A DNA stretch of 64,000 nt from Eledone cirrhosa (lineage: Eukaryota): NCBI GenBank assembly GCA_964016885.1, contig CAXHJY010000080.1, positions 62,001 to 126,000 of the forward strand, written 5' to 3'. Both the position numbers and the translations under genes were made by a program. Each line of letters begins with the position of its first letter. Position 1 is the first letter of the stretch. Of this stretch, positions 39,701 through 54,700 are shown one piece after another. The notes beneath the pieces were generated by a model. That model had not been told where the DNA came from. It did not search any database and worked only from the letters and a program-made list of their open reading frames with translations.

Positions 39701-42700
39701 AGTGATTATATAACGTTTGTGATATTCTGGAAATGTAACTGTGATATGAATGGAAGGCTGAATAATACTTTTCTTGTGACAAACTCTAACTTTCAGATAT
39801 TCTTGTGACAAACTGTGACTTTCACACAAATACTAATAGATTTTGTCTTCATATTGATATTCGTAATCTGTAATACCTAAATATTTACAAAGTAAATTAA
39901 ATTAATTTAATATTTAAACTTTATCTGTAAGAAATATGTCATATCTCTCTTGAAATATGTTTCTTACTTTCAATACCAACTGACTTAAAATATAACATTT
40001 ATATGTAATACACTTCAATATGTAGGTAATATATTACATTGTTTTACTTTCAATTTACTATCAACTATTTAGAATTCTATCTTAATGAGTTATGTGATTA
40101 TTATTTCCATAAAAGGAGGAGAAATAGTGACACCTAGTAGAGTTCCAATAATTGAAACAACCAGAAAGAGAGGTGAGATATTACTGAAACATATTTATAT
40201 ATACTTAGATATGTTACAGAACAACACTTATAATATATAGAACATATTACATAACAATTATTTCAATATCATCACTGGAATATTAATTAGTTATTCACAG
40301 TCAGCTATTGGAGATTAAACAGAAATATATATAGTAACATATTTCAAAATATCAACATTTACATATTCTTATGAATATATAAAGTATATTTCAATATTTC
40401 AGATTATCTAGCAATGTCTTACTAACAGATTTCACATCATATCTTTAAACTTACAACAATATTTTATTTCTCGCAGTTGTTGAAAAAACTCCAGCACCTG
40501 CTATTACATTACCAACTAAGGGTAAGGCCCTTGTACTCCTCAACATACTCTTTTATGTTATATTGATATCTTTATGTCTATGTTAATCATAGCTACCTCT
40601 TTCTTTGTCAATCTCTTATTTCTATATATAAACATTCATTGATCTGTCAGATGTTGTCAATATAATTCAGTAAATTATACTGTCTATCAGTAAAGTTCAA
40701 TATATTTATCTATAGATGTAGTTATATCTTTTGTCTCTGTGATATATGTTTGGTATGTTTTCTATATTTGTTATTTCTAAGATACCATCTTGAAATATTT
40801 CTTATTATTTGTTTGATCTCCTGACAATGTAGTCTCCTCATATATGGTCTGTAGTTTCATGTTGTGTTGTTTATTTGGAATATTGTTTTATGTAGAGTTG
40901 TTATTGTTTTGTTGTAGTGTTTTGGTAACAATTCAAACCATATCTTGTTATGTGAAGTTATATCTTACCTTAATAAGTTGATTTCTATATTGATATATTG
41001 TTTTTGTTGATTCTTTGTTATGTGACAGTATATCCCTATGTACCAGTTGATGGTTTGTTATGTATCAGAATATATAGTTATGTTGTAATATTATTTCAAT
41101 ATTACCATGTCACCATCTTAACTGTTCTGTACTGTATCAATACAATGTACATGTAATGTAACATATTGTTCTGTTATGTCACTCAGTCTATGTTAAAAGA
41201 TAATGTTAGATTTATCTATCAGCCACTCTACATTATTCTATTAGTTAAAAACTTATTATAATGTTCTCCAGGTGGCTGCGGCAATACAAAATCTGACATC
41301 ATCTTCATTTTGGATTCCTCAACTAGTGTCCAAGCAGAAAATTTTCAGAAAATGCTCGATTTTGTAGTTGACTTTGTCTCTGCTGCTGATATTGACAGTG
41401 GCAATGTTAGAATCGGTGCAGTACTCTACAGTACAGATGTGAAAATACAATTCCATTTAAATGATTTCCAAAGTAAACAACAAATGATCAAGGCAGTTGG
41501 TGAAATTGCCTATGTTTATGGTAGTACAAACACTTATGGTGGACTAAACACAATGAGGACAGTAATGTTTACAAGAGAGAATGGTGACAGGCCATCTGTT
41601 GACAATATTGCCATACTTCTTACTGATGGTGTATCAAATATCAATTCATATCAGACTATTCCAGAAGCAGTGAAAGTTAGAGAAGATGGCATCCATATAT
41701 ATGCTATAGGTATTGGTCTAACTGATACTACAGAATTGAGCAAGATTTCATCACTTCCTGTCAGTGAAAATATGTTTGTTGTCACTGATTTCAACGAATT
41801 ATCGAATCTCAAGGAAAGAATCTTTGAACAATATTGCCCAGGTATAGCAATTAGCATGTGATAACAAAGTCATACTGTACTTGATACTATTACTAATATC
41901 CAATCCCTCAGTCATTTATCAATATTGCTTACTGCCATTATATAAAATATCAGCTTTATTAAATATCTAAGTCAGCTTTTACAATTCCTGCAGTTAACAG
42001 TTCTAATAATATCAGTAAATATCCCATGTCATTGCGCTACATACCTTTCCCTTCCACCTTCTATAATGTATGTTATCCTATGATAACTCCTATTGCTTTA
42101 TTAACAATGACTCATCCATGCGATATCTGTTTGTCAGTTAGAATCAAATAACTGAAATTATATCTACCTTCTTTTTTAATATTATTTATTATCAAGGTTG
42201 AAATATTCTGTACAATCTCTACAGTATATTTATATTCTAGTGATAACATTCCATATAACATTGACCTTCCAAATATATAACATTGATTATGAACTAATTT
42301 TTAATGACCCAATACTCTGGCTGTGTATTAGTTTTACTGTTTCATTCTACAATTATTTCTCTTATAATTAACAGATTATTTTCTTCAATAAGTCGTTATA
42401 TTTCTAGAATCTTTGAATGATACATATTAATAAAAACTAATGGAGACAAGATTGCTGTACACTCAATCTTCACAATTACCAGCATTTATTGATGTAATTA
42501 CTCTGTATTTAACACAGCTAATATCTCTGCTTTAAAACCTAGACATAAATTCCTAATATATACCAATAAGTCATAGATCCTTTACAATATTTGAAGATAA
42601 TCTACCAATATTCTTTATAATGCTTCTACAAAATATGATCCCATAACTGTTATGACAATACCTGCAGCATGTAATTGTGATAACGTCTACCAATATACTG

Positions 42701-45700
42701 AATTAGTGTATAATATATCTTATTTGCTTCATGTCAATCTAGTGGAATTTTTGTTTATAATATATAAAATTTCACTGTTGCCATATCTTCAGCTTTATGC
42801 ATGTGTGAATTATTGTAAATAATAGAAACTGTATTTCTGTATAAATGTGTAGAATCATTGATAATCAGTGATTATATAACGTTTGTGATATTCTGGAAAT
42901 GTAACTGTGATATGAATGGAAGGCTGAATAATACTTTTCTTGTGACAAACTCTAACTTTCAGATATTCTTGTGACAAACTGTGACTTTCACACAAATACT
43001 AATAGATTTTGTCTTCATATTGATATTCGTAATCTGTAATACCTAAATATTTACAAAGTAAATTAAATTAATTTAATATTTAAACTTTATCTGTAAGAAA
43101 TATGTCATATCTCTCTTGAAATATGTTTCTTACTTTCAATACCAACTGACTTAAAATATAACATTTATATGTAATACACTTCAATATGTAGGTAATATAT
43201 TACATTGTTTTACTTTCAATTTACTATCAACTATTTAGAATTCTATCTTAATGAGTTATGTGATTATTATTTCCATAAAAGGAGGAGAAATAGTGACACC
43301 TAGTAGAGTTCCAATAATTGAAACAACCAGAAAGAGAGGTGAGATATTACTGAAACATATTTATATATACTTAGATATGTTACAGAACAACACTTATAAT
43401 ATATAGAACATATTACATAACAATTATTTCAATATCATCACTGGAATATTAATTAGTTATTCACAGTCAGCTATTGGAGATTAAACAGAAATATATATAG
43501 TAACATATTTCAAAATATCAACATTTACATATTCTTATGAATATATAAAGTATATTTCAATATTTCAGATTATCTAGCAATGTCTTACTAACAGATTTCA
43601 CATCATATCTTTAAACTTACAACAATATTTTATTTCTCGCAGTTGTTGAAAAAACTCCAGCACCTGCTATTACATTACCAACTAAGGGTAAGGCCCTTGT
43701 ACTCCTCAACATACTCTTTTATGTTATATTGATATCTTTATGTCTATGTTAATCATAGCTACCTCTTTCTTTGTCAATCTCTTATTTCTATATATAAACA
43801 TTCATTGATCTGTCAGATGTTGTCAATATAATTCAGTAAATTATACTGTCTATCAGTAAAGTTCAATATATTTATCTATAGATGTAGTTATATCTTTTGT
43901 CTCTGTGATATATGTTTGGTATGTTTTCTATATTTGTTATTTCTAAGATACCATCTTGAAATATTTCTTATTATTTGTTTGATCTCCTGACAATGTAGTC
44001 TCCTCATATATGGTCTGTAGTTTCATGTTGTGTTGTTTATTTGGAATATTGTTTTATGTAGAGTTGTTATTGTTTTGTTGTAGTGTTTTGGTAACAATTC
44101 AAACCATATCTTGTTATGTGAAGTTATATCTTACCTTAATAAGTTGATTTCTATATTGATATATTGTTTTTGTTGATTCTTTGTTATGTGACAGTATATC
44201 CCTATGTACCAGTTGATGGTTTGTTATGTATCAGAATATATAGTTATGTTGTAATATTATTTCAATATTACCATGTCACCATCTTAACTGTTCTGTACTG
44301 TATCAATACAATGTACATGTAATGTAACATATTGTTCTGTTATGTCACTCAGTCTATGTTAAAAGATAATGTTAGATTTATCTATCAGCCACTCTACATT
44401 ATTCTATTAGTTAAAAACTTATTATAATGTTCTCCAGGTGGCTGCGGCAATACAAAATCTGACATCATCTTCATTTTGGATTCCTCAACTAGTGTCCAAG
44501 CAGAAAATTTTCAGAAAATGCTCGATTTTGTAGTTGACTTTGTCTCTGCTGCTGATATTGACAGTGGCAATGTTAGAATCGGTGCAGTACTCTACAGTAC
44601 AGATGTGAAAATACAATTTCATTTAAATGATTTCCAAAGTAAACAACAAATGATCATGGCAGTTGGTGAAATTGCCTATGTTTATGGTAGTACAAACACT
44701 TATGGTGGACTAAACACAATGAGGACAGTAATGTTTACAAGAGAGAATGGTGACAGGCCATCTGTTGACAATATTGCCATACTTCTTACTGATGGTGTAT
44801 CAAATATCAATTCATATCAGACTATTCCAGAAGCAGTGAAAGTTAGAGAAGATGGCATCCATATATATGCTATAGGTATTGGTCTAACTGATACTACAGA
44901 ATTGAGCAAGATTTCATCACTTCCTGTCAGTGAAAATATGTTTGTTGTCACTGACTTCAACGAATTATCGAATCTCAAGGAAAGAATCTTTGAACAATAT
45001 TGCCCAGGTATAGCAATTAGCATGTGATAACAAAGTGATACTGTACTTGATACTATTACTAATATCCAATCCCTCAGGCAATTAATATTCTAAAGATATA
45101 TCATTTATCAATATTGCTTACTGCCATTATATAAAATATCAGCTTTATTAAATATCTAAGTCAGCTTTTACAATTCCTGCAGTTAACAGTTCTAATAATA
45201 TCAGTAAATATCCCATGTCATTGCGCTACATACCTTTCCCTTCCACCTTCTATAATGTATGTTATCCTATGATAACTCCTATTGCTTTATTAACAATGAC
45301 TCATCCATGCGATATCTGTTTGTCAGTTAGAATCAAATAACTGAAATTATATCTACCTTCTTTTTTAATATTATTTATTATCAAGGTTGAAATATTCTGT
45401 ACAATCTCTACAGTATATTTATATTCTAGTGATAACATTCCATATAACATTGACCTTCCAAATATATAACATTGATTATGAACTAATTTTTAATGACCCA
45501 ATACTCTGGCTGTGTATTAGTTTTACTGTTTCATTCTACAATTATTTCTCTTATAATTAACAGATTATTTTCTTCAATAAGTCGTTGTATTTCTAGAATC
45601 TTTGAATGATTCATATTAATAAAAACTAATGGAGACTAGATTGCTGTACACTCAATCTTCACAATTACCAGCATTTATTGATGTAATTACTCTGTATTTA

Positions 45701-48700
45701 ACACAGCTAATATCTCTGGTTTAAAACCTAGACATAAATTCCTAATATATACCAATAAGTCATAGATCCTTTACTATATGTGAAGATAATCTACCAATAT
45801 TCTTTATAATGCTTCTACAAAATATGATGCCATAACTGTTATGACAATACCTGCAGCATGTAATTCTGATAACGTCTACCAATATACTGAATTAGTGTAT
45901 AATATATCTTATTTGCTTCATGTCATTCTAGTGGAATTTTTGTTTATAAAATATAAAATTTCACTGTTGCCATATCTTCAGCTTTATGCATGTGTGAATT
46001 ATTGTAAATAATAGAAACTGTATTTCTGTATAAATGTGTAGATTAATTGATAACCAGTGATTATGTAACGTTTGTGATATTCTGGAAAGGTAACTGTGAT
46101 ATGAATGGAAGGCTGAATAATACTTTTCTTGTGACAAACTCTAACTTTCAGATATTCTTGTGACAAACTGTGACTTTCACACAAATACTGATAGATTTAT
46201 TACAGAACAACACTTATAATATATAGAACACATTACATAACAATTATTTCAATATCATCACTGGAATATTAATTAGTTATTCACAGTCAGCTATTGGAGA
46301 TTAAACAGAAATATATATAGTAACATATTTCAAAATATCAACATTTATATATTCTTATGAATATATAAATTATATTTCAATATTTCAGATTATCTATCAA
46401 TGTCTTACTAACAGATTTCACATCATATCTTTAAACTTACAACAATATTTTATTTCTCGCAGTTGTTGAAAAAACGCCAGCACCTGCTATTACATTACCA
46501 ACTAAGGGTAAGGCCCTTGTACTCCTCAACATACTCTTTTATGTTATATTGATATCTTTATGTCTATGTTAATCATAGCTACCTCTTTCTTTGTCAATCT
46601 CTTATTTCTATATATAAACATTCATTGATCTGTCAGATGTTGTCAATATAATTCAGTAAATTATACTGTCTATCAGTAAAGTTCAATATATTTATCTATA
46701 GATGTAGTTATATCTTTTGTCTCTGTGATATATGATTGGTATGTTTTCTATATTTGTTATTTCTAAGATACCATCTTGAAATATTTCTTATTATTTGTTT
46801 GATCTCCTGACAATGTAGTTTCCTCATATGTGGTCTGTAGTTTCATGTTGTGTTGTTTATTTGGAATATTGTTTTATGTAGAGTTGTTATTGTTTTGTTG
46901 TAGTGTTTTGGTAACAATTCAAACCATATCTTGTTATGTGAAGTTATATCTTACCTTAATAAGTTGATTTCTATATTGATATATTGTTTTTGTTGATTCT
47001 TTGTTATGTGACTGTATATCCCTATGTACCAGTTGATGGTTTGTTATGTATCAGAATATATAGTTATGTTGTAATATTATTTCAATATTACCATGTCACC
47101 ATCTTAACCGTTCAGTACTGTATCAATACAATGTACATGTAATGTAACATATTGTTCTGTTATGTCACTCAGTCTATGTTAAAAGATAATGTTAGATTTA
47201 TCTATCAGCCACTCTACATTATTCTATTAGTTAAAAACTTATTATAATGTTCTCCAGGTGGCTGCGGCAATACAAAATCTGACATCATCTTCATTTTGGA
47301 TTCCTCAACTAGTGTCCAAGCAGAAAATTTTCAGAAAATGCTCGATTTTGTAGTTGACTTTGTCTCTGCTGCTGATATTGACAGTGGCAATGTTAGAATC
47401 GGTGCAGTACTCTACAGTACAGATGTGAAAATACAATTTCATTTAAATGATTTCCAAAGTAAACAACAAATGATCATGGCAGTTGGTGAAATTGCCTATG
47501 TTTATGGTAGTACAAACACTTATGGTGGACTAAACACAATGAGGACAGTAATGTTTACAAGAGAGAATGGTGACAGGCCATCTGTTGACAATATTGCCAT
47601 ACTTCTTACTGATGGTGTATCAAATATCAATTCATATCAGACTATTCCAGAAGCAGTGAAAGTTAGAGAAGATGGCATCCATATATATGCTATAGGTATT
47701 GGTCTAACTGATACTACAGAATTGAGCAAGATTTCATCACTTCCTGTCAGTGAAAATATGTTTGTTGTCACTGATTTCAACGAATTATCGAATCTCAAGG
47801 AAAGAATCTTTGAACAATATTGCCCAGGTATAGCAATTAGCATGTGATAACAAAGTCATACTGTACTTGATACTATTACTAATATCCAATCCCTCAGTCA
47901 TTTATCAATATTGCTTACTGCCATTATATAAAATATCAGCTTTATTAAATATCTAAGTCAGCTTTTACAATTCCTGCAGTTAACAGTTCTAATAATATCA
48001 GTAAATATCCCATGTCATTGCGCTACATACCTTTCCCTTCCACCTTCTATAATGTATGTTATCCTATGATAACTCCTATTGCTTTATTAACAATGACTCA
48101 TCCATGCGATATCTGTTTGTCAGTTAGAATCAAATAACTGAAATTATATCTACCTTCTTTTTTAATATTATTTATTATCAAGGTTGAAATATTCTGTACA
48201 ATCTCTACAGTATATTTATATTCTAGTGATAACATTCCATATAACATTGACCTTCCAAATATATAACATTGATTATGAACTAATTTTTAATGACCCAATA
48301 CTCTGGCTGTGTATTAGTTTTACTGTTTCATTCTACAATTATTTCTCTTATAATTAACAGATTATTTTCTTCAATAAGTCGTTATATTTCTAGAATCTTA
48401 GAATGATTCATATTAATAAAAACTAATGGAGACAAGATTGCTGTACACTCAATCTTCACAATTACCAGCATTTATTGATGTAATTACTCTGTATTTAACA
48501 CAGCTAATATCTCTGCTTTAAAACCTAGACATAAATTCCTAATATATACCATTAAGTCATAGATCCTTTACTATATGTGAAGATAATCTACCAATATTCT
48601 TTATAATGCTTCTACAAAATATGATGCCATAACTGTTATGACAATACCTGCAGCATGTAATTGTGATAACGTCTACCAATATACTGAATTAGTGTATAAT

Positions 48701-51700
48701 ATATCTTATTTGCTTCATGTCATTCTAGTGGAATTTTTGTTTATAAAATATAAAATTTCACTGTTGCCATATCTTCAGCTTTATGCATGTGTGAATTATT
48801 GTAAATAATAGAAACTGTATTTCTGTATAAATGAGTAGAATCATTGATAACCAGTGATTATGTAACTTTTGTGATATACTGGAAAGGTAACTGTGATATG
48901 AATGGAAGGCTGAATAATACTTTTCTTGTGACAAACTCTAACTTTCAGATATTCTTGTGACAAACTGTGACTTTCACACAAATACTAATAGATTTATTAC
49001 AGAACAACACTTATAATATATAGAACACATTACATAACAATTATTTCAATATTATCACTGGAATATTAATTAGTTATTCACAGTCAGCTATTGGAGATTA
49101 AACAGAAATATATATATATATAGTAACATATTTCAAAATATCAACATTTACATATTCTTATGAATATATAAAATATATTTCAATATTTCAGATTATCTAG
49201 CAATGTCTTACTAACAGATTTCACATCATATCTTTAAACTTACAACAATATTTTATTTCTCGCAGTTGTTGAAAAAACTCCAGCACCTGCTATTACATTA
49301 CCAACTAAGGGTAAGGCCCTTGTACTCCTCAACATACTCTTTTATGTTATATTGATATCTTTATGTCTATGTTAATCATAGCTACCTCTTTCTTTGTCAA
49401 TCTCTTATTTCTATATATAAACATTCATTGATCTGTCAGATGTTGTCAATATAATTCAGTAAATTATACTGTCTATCAGTAAAGTTCAATATATTTATCT
49501 ATAGATGTAGTTATATCTTTTGTCTCTGTGATATATGTTTGGTATGTTTTCTATATTTGTTATTTCTAAGATACCATCTTGAAATATTTCTTATTATTTG
49601 TTTGATCTTCTGACAATGTAGTCTCCTCATATGTGGTCTGTAGTTTCATGTTGTGTTGTTTATTTGGAATATTGTTTTATGTAGAGTTGTTATTGTTTTG
49701 TTGTAGTGTTTTGATAACAATTCAAACCATATCTTGTTATGTGAAGTTATATCTTACCTTAATAAGTTGATTTCTATATTGATATATTGTTTTTGTTGAT
49801 TCTTTGTTATGTGACAGTATATCCCTATGTACCAGTTGATGGTTTGTTATGTATCAGAATATATAGTTATGTTGTAATATTATTTCAATATTACCCTGTC
49901 ACCATCTTAACTGTTATGTACTGTATCAATACAATGTACATGTAATGTAACATATTGTTCTGTTATGTCACTCAGTCTATGTTAAAAGATAATGTTAGAT
50001 TTATCTATCAGCCACTCTACATTATTCTATTAGTTAAAAACTTATTATAATGTTCTCCAGGTGGCTGCGGCAATACAAAATCTGACATCATCTTCATTTT
50101 GGATTCCTCAACTAGTGTTCAAGCAGAAAATTTTCAGAAAATGCTCGATTTTGTAGTTGACTTTGTCTCTGCTGCTGATATTGACAGTGGCAATGTTAGA
50201 ATCGGTGCAGTACTCTACAGTACAGATGTGAAAATACAATTCCATTTAAATGATTTCCAAAGTAAACAACAAATGATCAAGGCAGTTGGTGAAATTGCCT
50301 ATGTTTATGGTAGTACAAACACTTATGGTGGACTAAACACAATGAGGACAGTAATGTTTACAAGAGAGAATGGTGACAGGCCATCTGTTGACAATATTGC
50401 CATACTTCTTACTGATGGTGTATCAAATATCAATTCATATCAGACTATTCCAGAAGCAGTGAAAGTTAGAGAAGATGGCATCCATATATATGCTATAGGT
50501 ATTGGTCTAACTGATACTACAGAATTGAGCAAGATTTCATCACTTCCTGTCAGTGAAAATATGTTTGTTGTCACTGATTTCAACGAATTATCGAATCTCA
50601 AGGAAAGAATCTTTGAACAATATTGCCCAGGTATAGCAATTAGCATGTGATAACAAAGTCATACTGTACTTGATACTATTACTAATATCCAATCCCTCAG
50701 TCATTTATCAATATTGCTTACTGCCATTATATAAAATATCAGCTTTATTAAATATCTAAGTCAGCTTTTACAATTCCTGCAGTTAACAGTTCTAATAATA
50801 TCAGTAAATATCCCATGTCATTGCGCTACATACCTTTCCCTTCCACCTTCTATAATGTATGTTATCCTATGATAACTCCTATTGCTTTATTAACAATGAC
50901 TCATCCATGCGATATCTGTTTGTCAGTTAGAATCAAATAACTGAAATTATATCTACCTTCTTTTTTAATATTATTTATTATCAAGGTTGAAATATTCTGT
51001 ACAATCTCTACAGTATATTTATATTCTAGTGATAACATTCCATATAACATTGACCTTCCAAATATATAACATTGATTATGAACTAATTTTTAATGACCCA
51101 ATACTCTGGCTGTGTATTAGTTTTACTGTTTCATTCTACAATTATTTCTCTTATAATTAACAGATTATTTTCTTCAATAAGTCGTTGTATTTCTAGAATC
51201 TTTGAATGATTCATATTAATAAAAACTAATGGAGACTAGATTGCTGTACACTCAATCTTCACAATTACCAGCATTTATTGATGTAATTACTCTGTATTTA
51301 ACACAGCTAATATCTCTGGTTTAAAACCTAGACATAAATTCCTAATATATACCAATAAGTCATAGATCCTTTACTATATGTGAAGATAATCTACCAATAT
51401 TCTTTATAATGCTTCTACAAAATATGATGCCATAACTGTTATGACAATACCTGCAGCATGTAATTCTGATAACGTCTACCAATATACTGAATTAGTGTAT
51501 AATATATCTTATTTGCTTCATGTCATTCTAGTGGAATTTTTGTTTATAAAATATAAAATTTCACTGTTGCCATATCTTCAGCTTTATGCATGTGTGAATT
51601 ATTGTAAATAATAGAAACTGTATTTCTGTATAAATGTGTAGATTAATTGATAACCAGTGATTATGTAACGTTTGTGATATTCTGGAAAGGTAACTGTGAT

Positions 51701-54700
51701 ATGAATGGAAGGCTGAATAATACTTTTCTTGTGACAAACTCTAACTTTCAGATATTCTTGTGACAAACTGTGACTTTCACACAAATACTGATAGATTTAT
51801 TACAGAACAACACTTATAATATATAGAACACATTACATAACAATTATTTCAATATCATCACTGGAATATTAATTAGTTATTCACAGTCAGCTATTGGAGA
51901 TTAAACAGAAATATATATAGTAACATATTTCAAAATATCAACATTTATATATTCTTATGAATATATAAATTATATTTCAATATTTCAGATTATCTATCAA
52001 TGTCTTACTAACAGATTTCACATCATATCTTTAAACTTACAACAATATTTTATTTCTCGCAGTTGTTGAAAAAACGCCAGCACCTGCTATTACATTACCA
52101 ACTAAGGGTAAGGCCCTTGTACTCCTCAACATACTCTTTTATGTTATATTGATATCTTTATGTCTATGTTAATCATAGCTACCTCTTTCTTTGTCAATCT
52201 CTTATTTCTATATATAAACATTCATTGATCTGTCAGATGTTGTCAATATAATTCAGTAAATTATACTGTCTATCAGTAAAGTTCAATATATTTATCTATA
52301 GATGTAGTTATATCTTTTGTCTCTGTGATATATGATTGGTATGTTTTCTATATTTGTTATTTCTAAGATACCATCTTGAAATATTTCTTATTATTTGTTT
52401 GATCTCCTGACAATGTAGTTTCCTCATATGTGGTCTGTAGTTTCATGTTGTGTTGTTTATTTGGAATATTGTTTTATGTAGAGTTGTTATTGTTTTGTTG
52501 TAGTGTTTTGGTAACAATTCAAACCATATCTTGTTATGTGAAGTTATATCTTACCTTAATAAGTTGATTTCTATATTGATATATTGTTTTTGTTGATTCT
52601 TTGTTATGTGACTGTATATCCCTATGTACCAGTTGATGGTTTGTTATGTATCAGAATATATAGTTATGTTGTAATATTATTTCAATATTACCATGTCACC
52701 ATCTTAACCGTTCAGTACTGTATCAATACAATGTACATGTAATGTAACATATTGTTCTGTTATGTCACTCAGTCTATGTTAAAAGATAATGTTAGATTTA
52801 TCTATCAGCCACTCTACATTATTCTATTAGTTAAAAACTTATTATAATGTTCTCCAGGTGGCTGCGGCAATACAAAATCTGACATCATCTTCATTTTGGA
52901 TTCCTCAACTAGTGTCCAAGCAGAAAATTTTCAGAAAATGCTCGATTTTGTAGTTGACTTTGTCTCTGCTGCTGATATTGACAGTGGCAATGTTAGAATC
53001 GGTGCAGTACTCTACAGTACAGATGTGAAAATACAATTTCATTTAAATGATTTCCAAAGTAAACAACAAATGATCATGGCAGTTGGTGAAATTGCCTATG
53101 TTTATGGTAGTACAAACACTTATGGTGGACTAAACACAATGAGGACAGTAATGTTTACAAGAGAGAATGGTGACAGGCCATCTGTTGACAATATTGCCAT
53201 ACTTCTTACTGATGGTGTATCAAATATCAATTCATATCAGACTATTCCAGAAGCAGTGAAAGTTAGAGAAGATGGCATCCATATATATGCTATAGGTATT
53301 GGTCTAACTGATACTACAGAATTGAGCAAGATTTCATCACTTCCTGTCAGTGAAAATATGTTTGTTGTCACTGATTTCAACGAATTATCGAATCTCAAGG
53401 AAAGAATCTTTGAACAATATTGCCCAGGTATAGCAATTAGCATGTGATAACAAAGTCATACTGTACTTGATACTATTACTAATATCCAATCCCTCAGTCA
53501 TTTATCAATATTGCTTACTGCCATTATATAAAATATCAGCTTTATTAAATATCTAAGTCAGCTTTTACAATTCCTGCAGTTAACAGTTCTAATAATATCA
53601 GTAAATATCCCATGTCATTGCGCTACATACCTTTCCCTTCCACCTTCTATAATGTATGTTATCCTATGATAACTCCTATTGCTTTATTAACAATGACTCA
53701 TCCATGCGATATCTGTTTGTCAGTTAGAATCAAATAACTGAAATTATATCTACCTTCTTTTTTAATATTATTTATTATCAAGGTTGAAATATTCTGTACA
53801 ATCTCTACAGTATATTTATATTCTAGTGATAACATTCCATATAACATTGACCTTCCAAATATATAACATTGATTATGAACTAATTTTTAATGACCCAATA
53901 CTCTGGCTGTGTATTAGTTTTACTGTTTCATTCTACAATTATTTCTCTTATAATTAACAGATTATTTTCTTCAATAAGTCGTTATATTTCTAGAATCTTA
54001 GAATGATTCATATTAATAAAAACTAATGGAGACAAGATTGCTGTACACTCAATCTTCACAATTACCAGCATTTATTGATGTAATTACTCTGTATTTAACA
54101 CAGCTAATATCTCTGCTTTAAAACCTAGACATAAATTCCTAATATATACCATTAAGTCATAGATCCTTTACTATATGTGAAGATAATCTACCAATATTCT
54201 TTATAATGCTTCTACAAAATATGATGCCATAACTGTTATGACAATACCTGCAGCATGTAATTGTGATAACGTCTACCAATATACTGAATTAGTGTATAAT
54301 ATATCTTATTTGCTTCATGTCATTCTAGTGGAATTTTTGTTTATAAAATATAAAATTTCACTGTTGCCATATCTTCAGCTTTATGCATGTGTGAATTATT
54401 GTAAATAATAGAAACTGTATTTCTGTATAAATGAGTAGAATCATTGATAACCAGTGATTATGTAACTTTTGTGATATACTGGAAAGGTAACTGTGATATG
54501 AATGGAAGGCTGAATAATACTTTTCTTGTGACAAACTCTAACTTTCAGATATTCTTGTGACAAACTGTGACTTTCACACAAATACTAATAGATTTATTAC
54601 AGAACAACACTTATAATATATAGAACACATTACATAACAATTATTTCAATATTATCACTGGAATATTAATTAGTTATTCACAGTCAGCTATTGGAGATTA

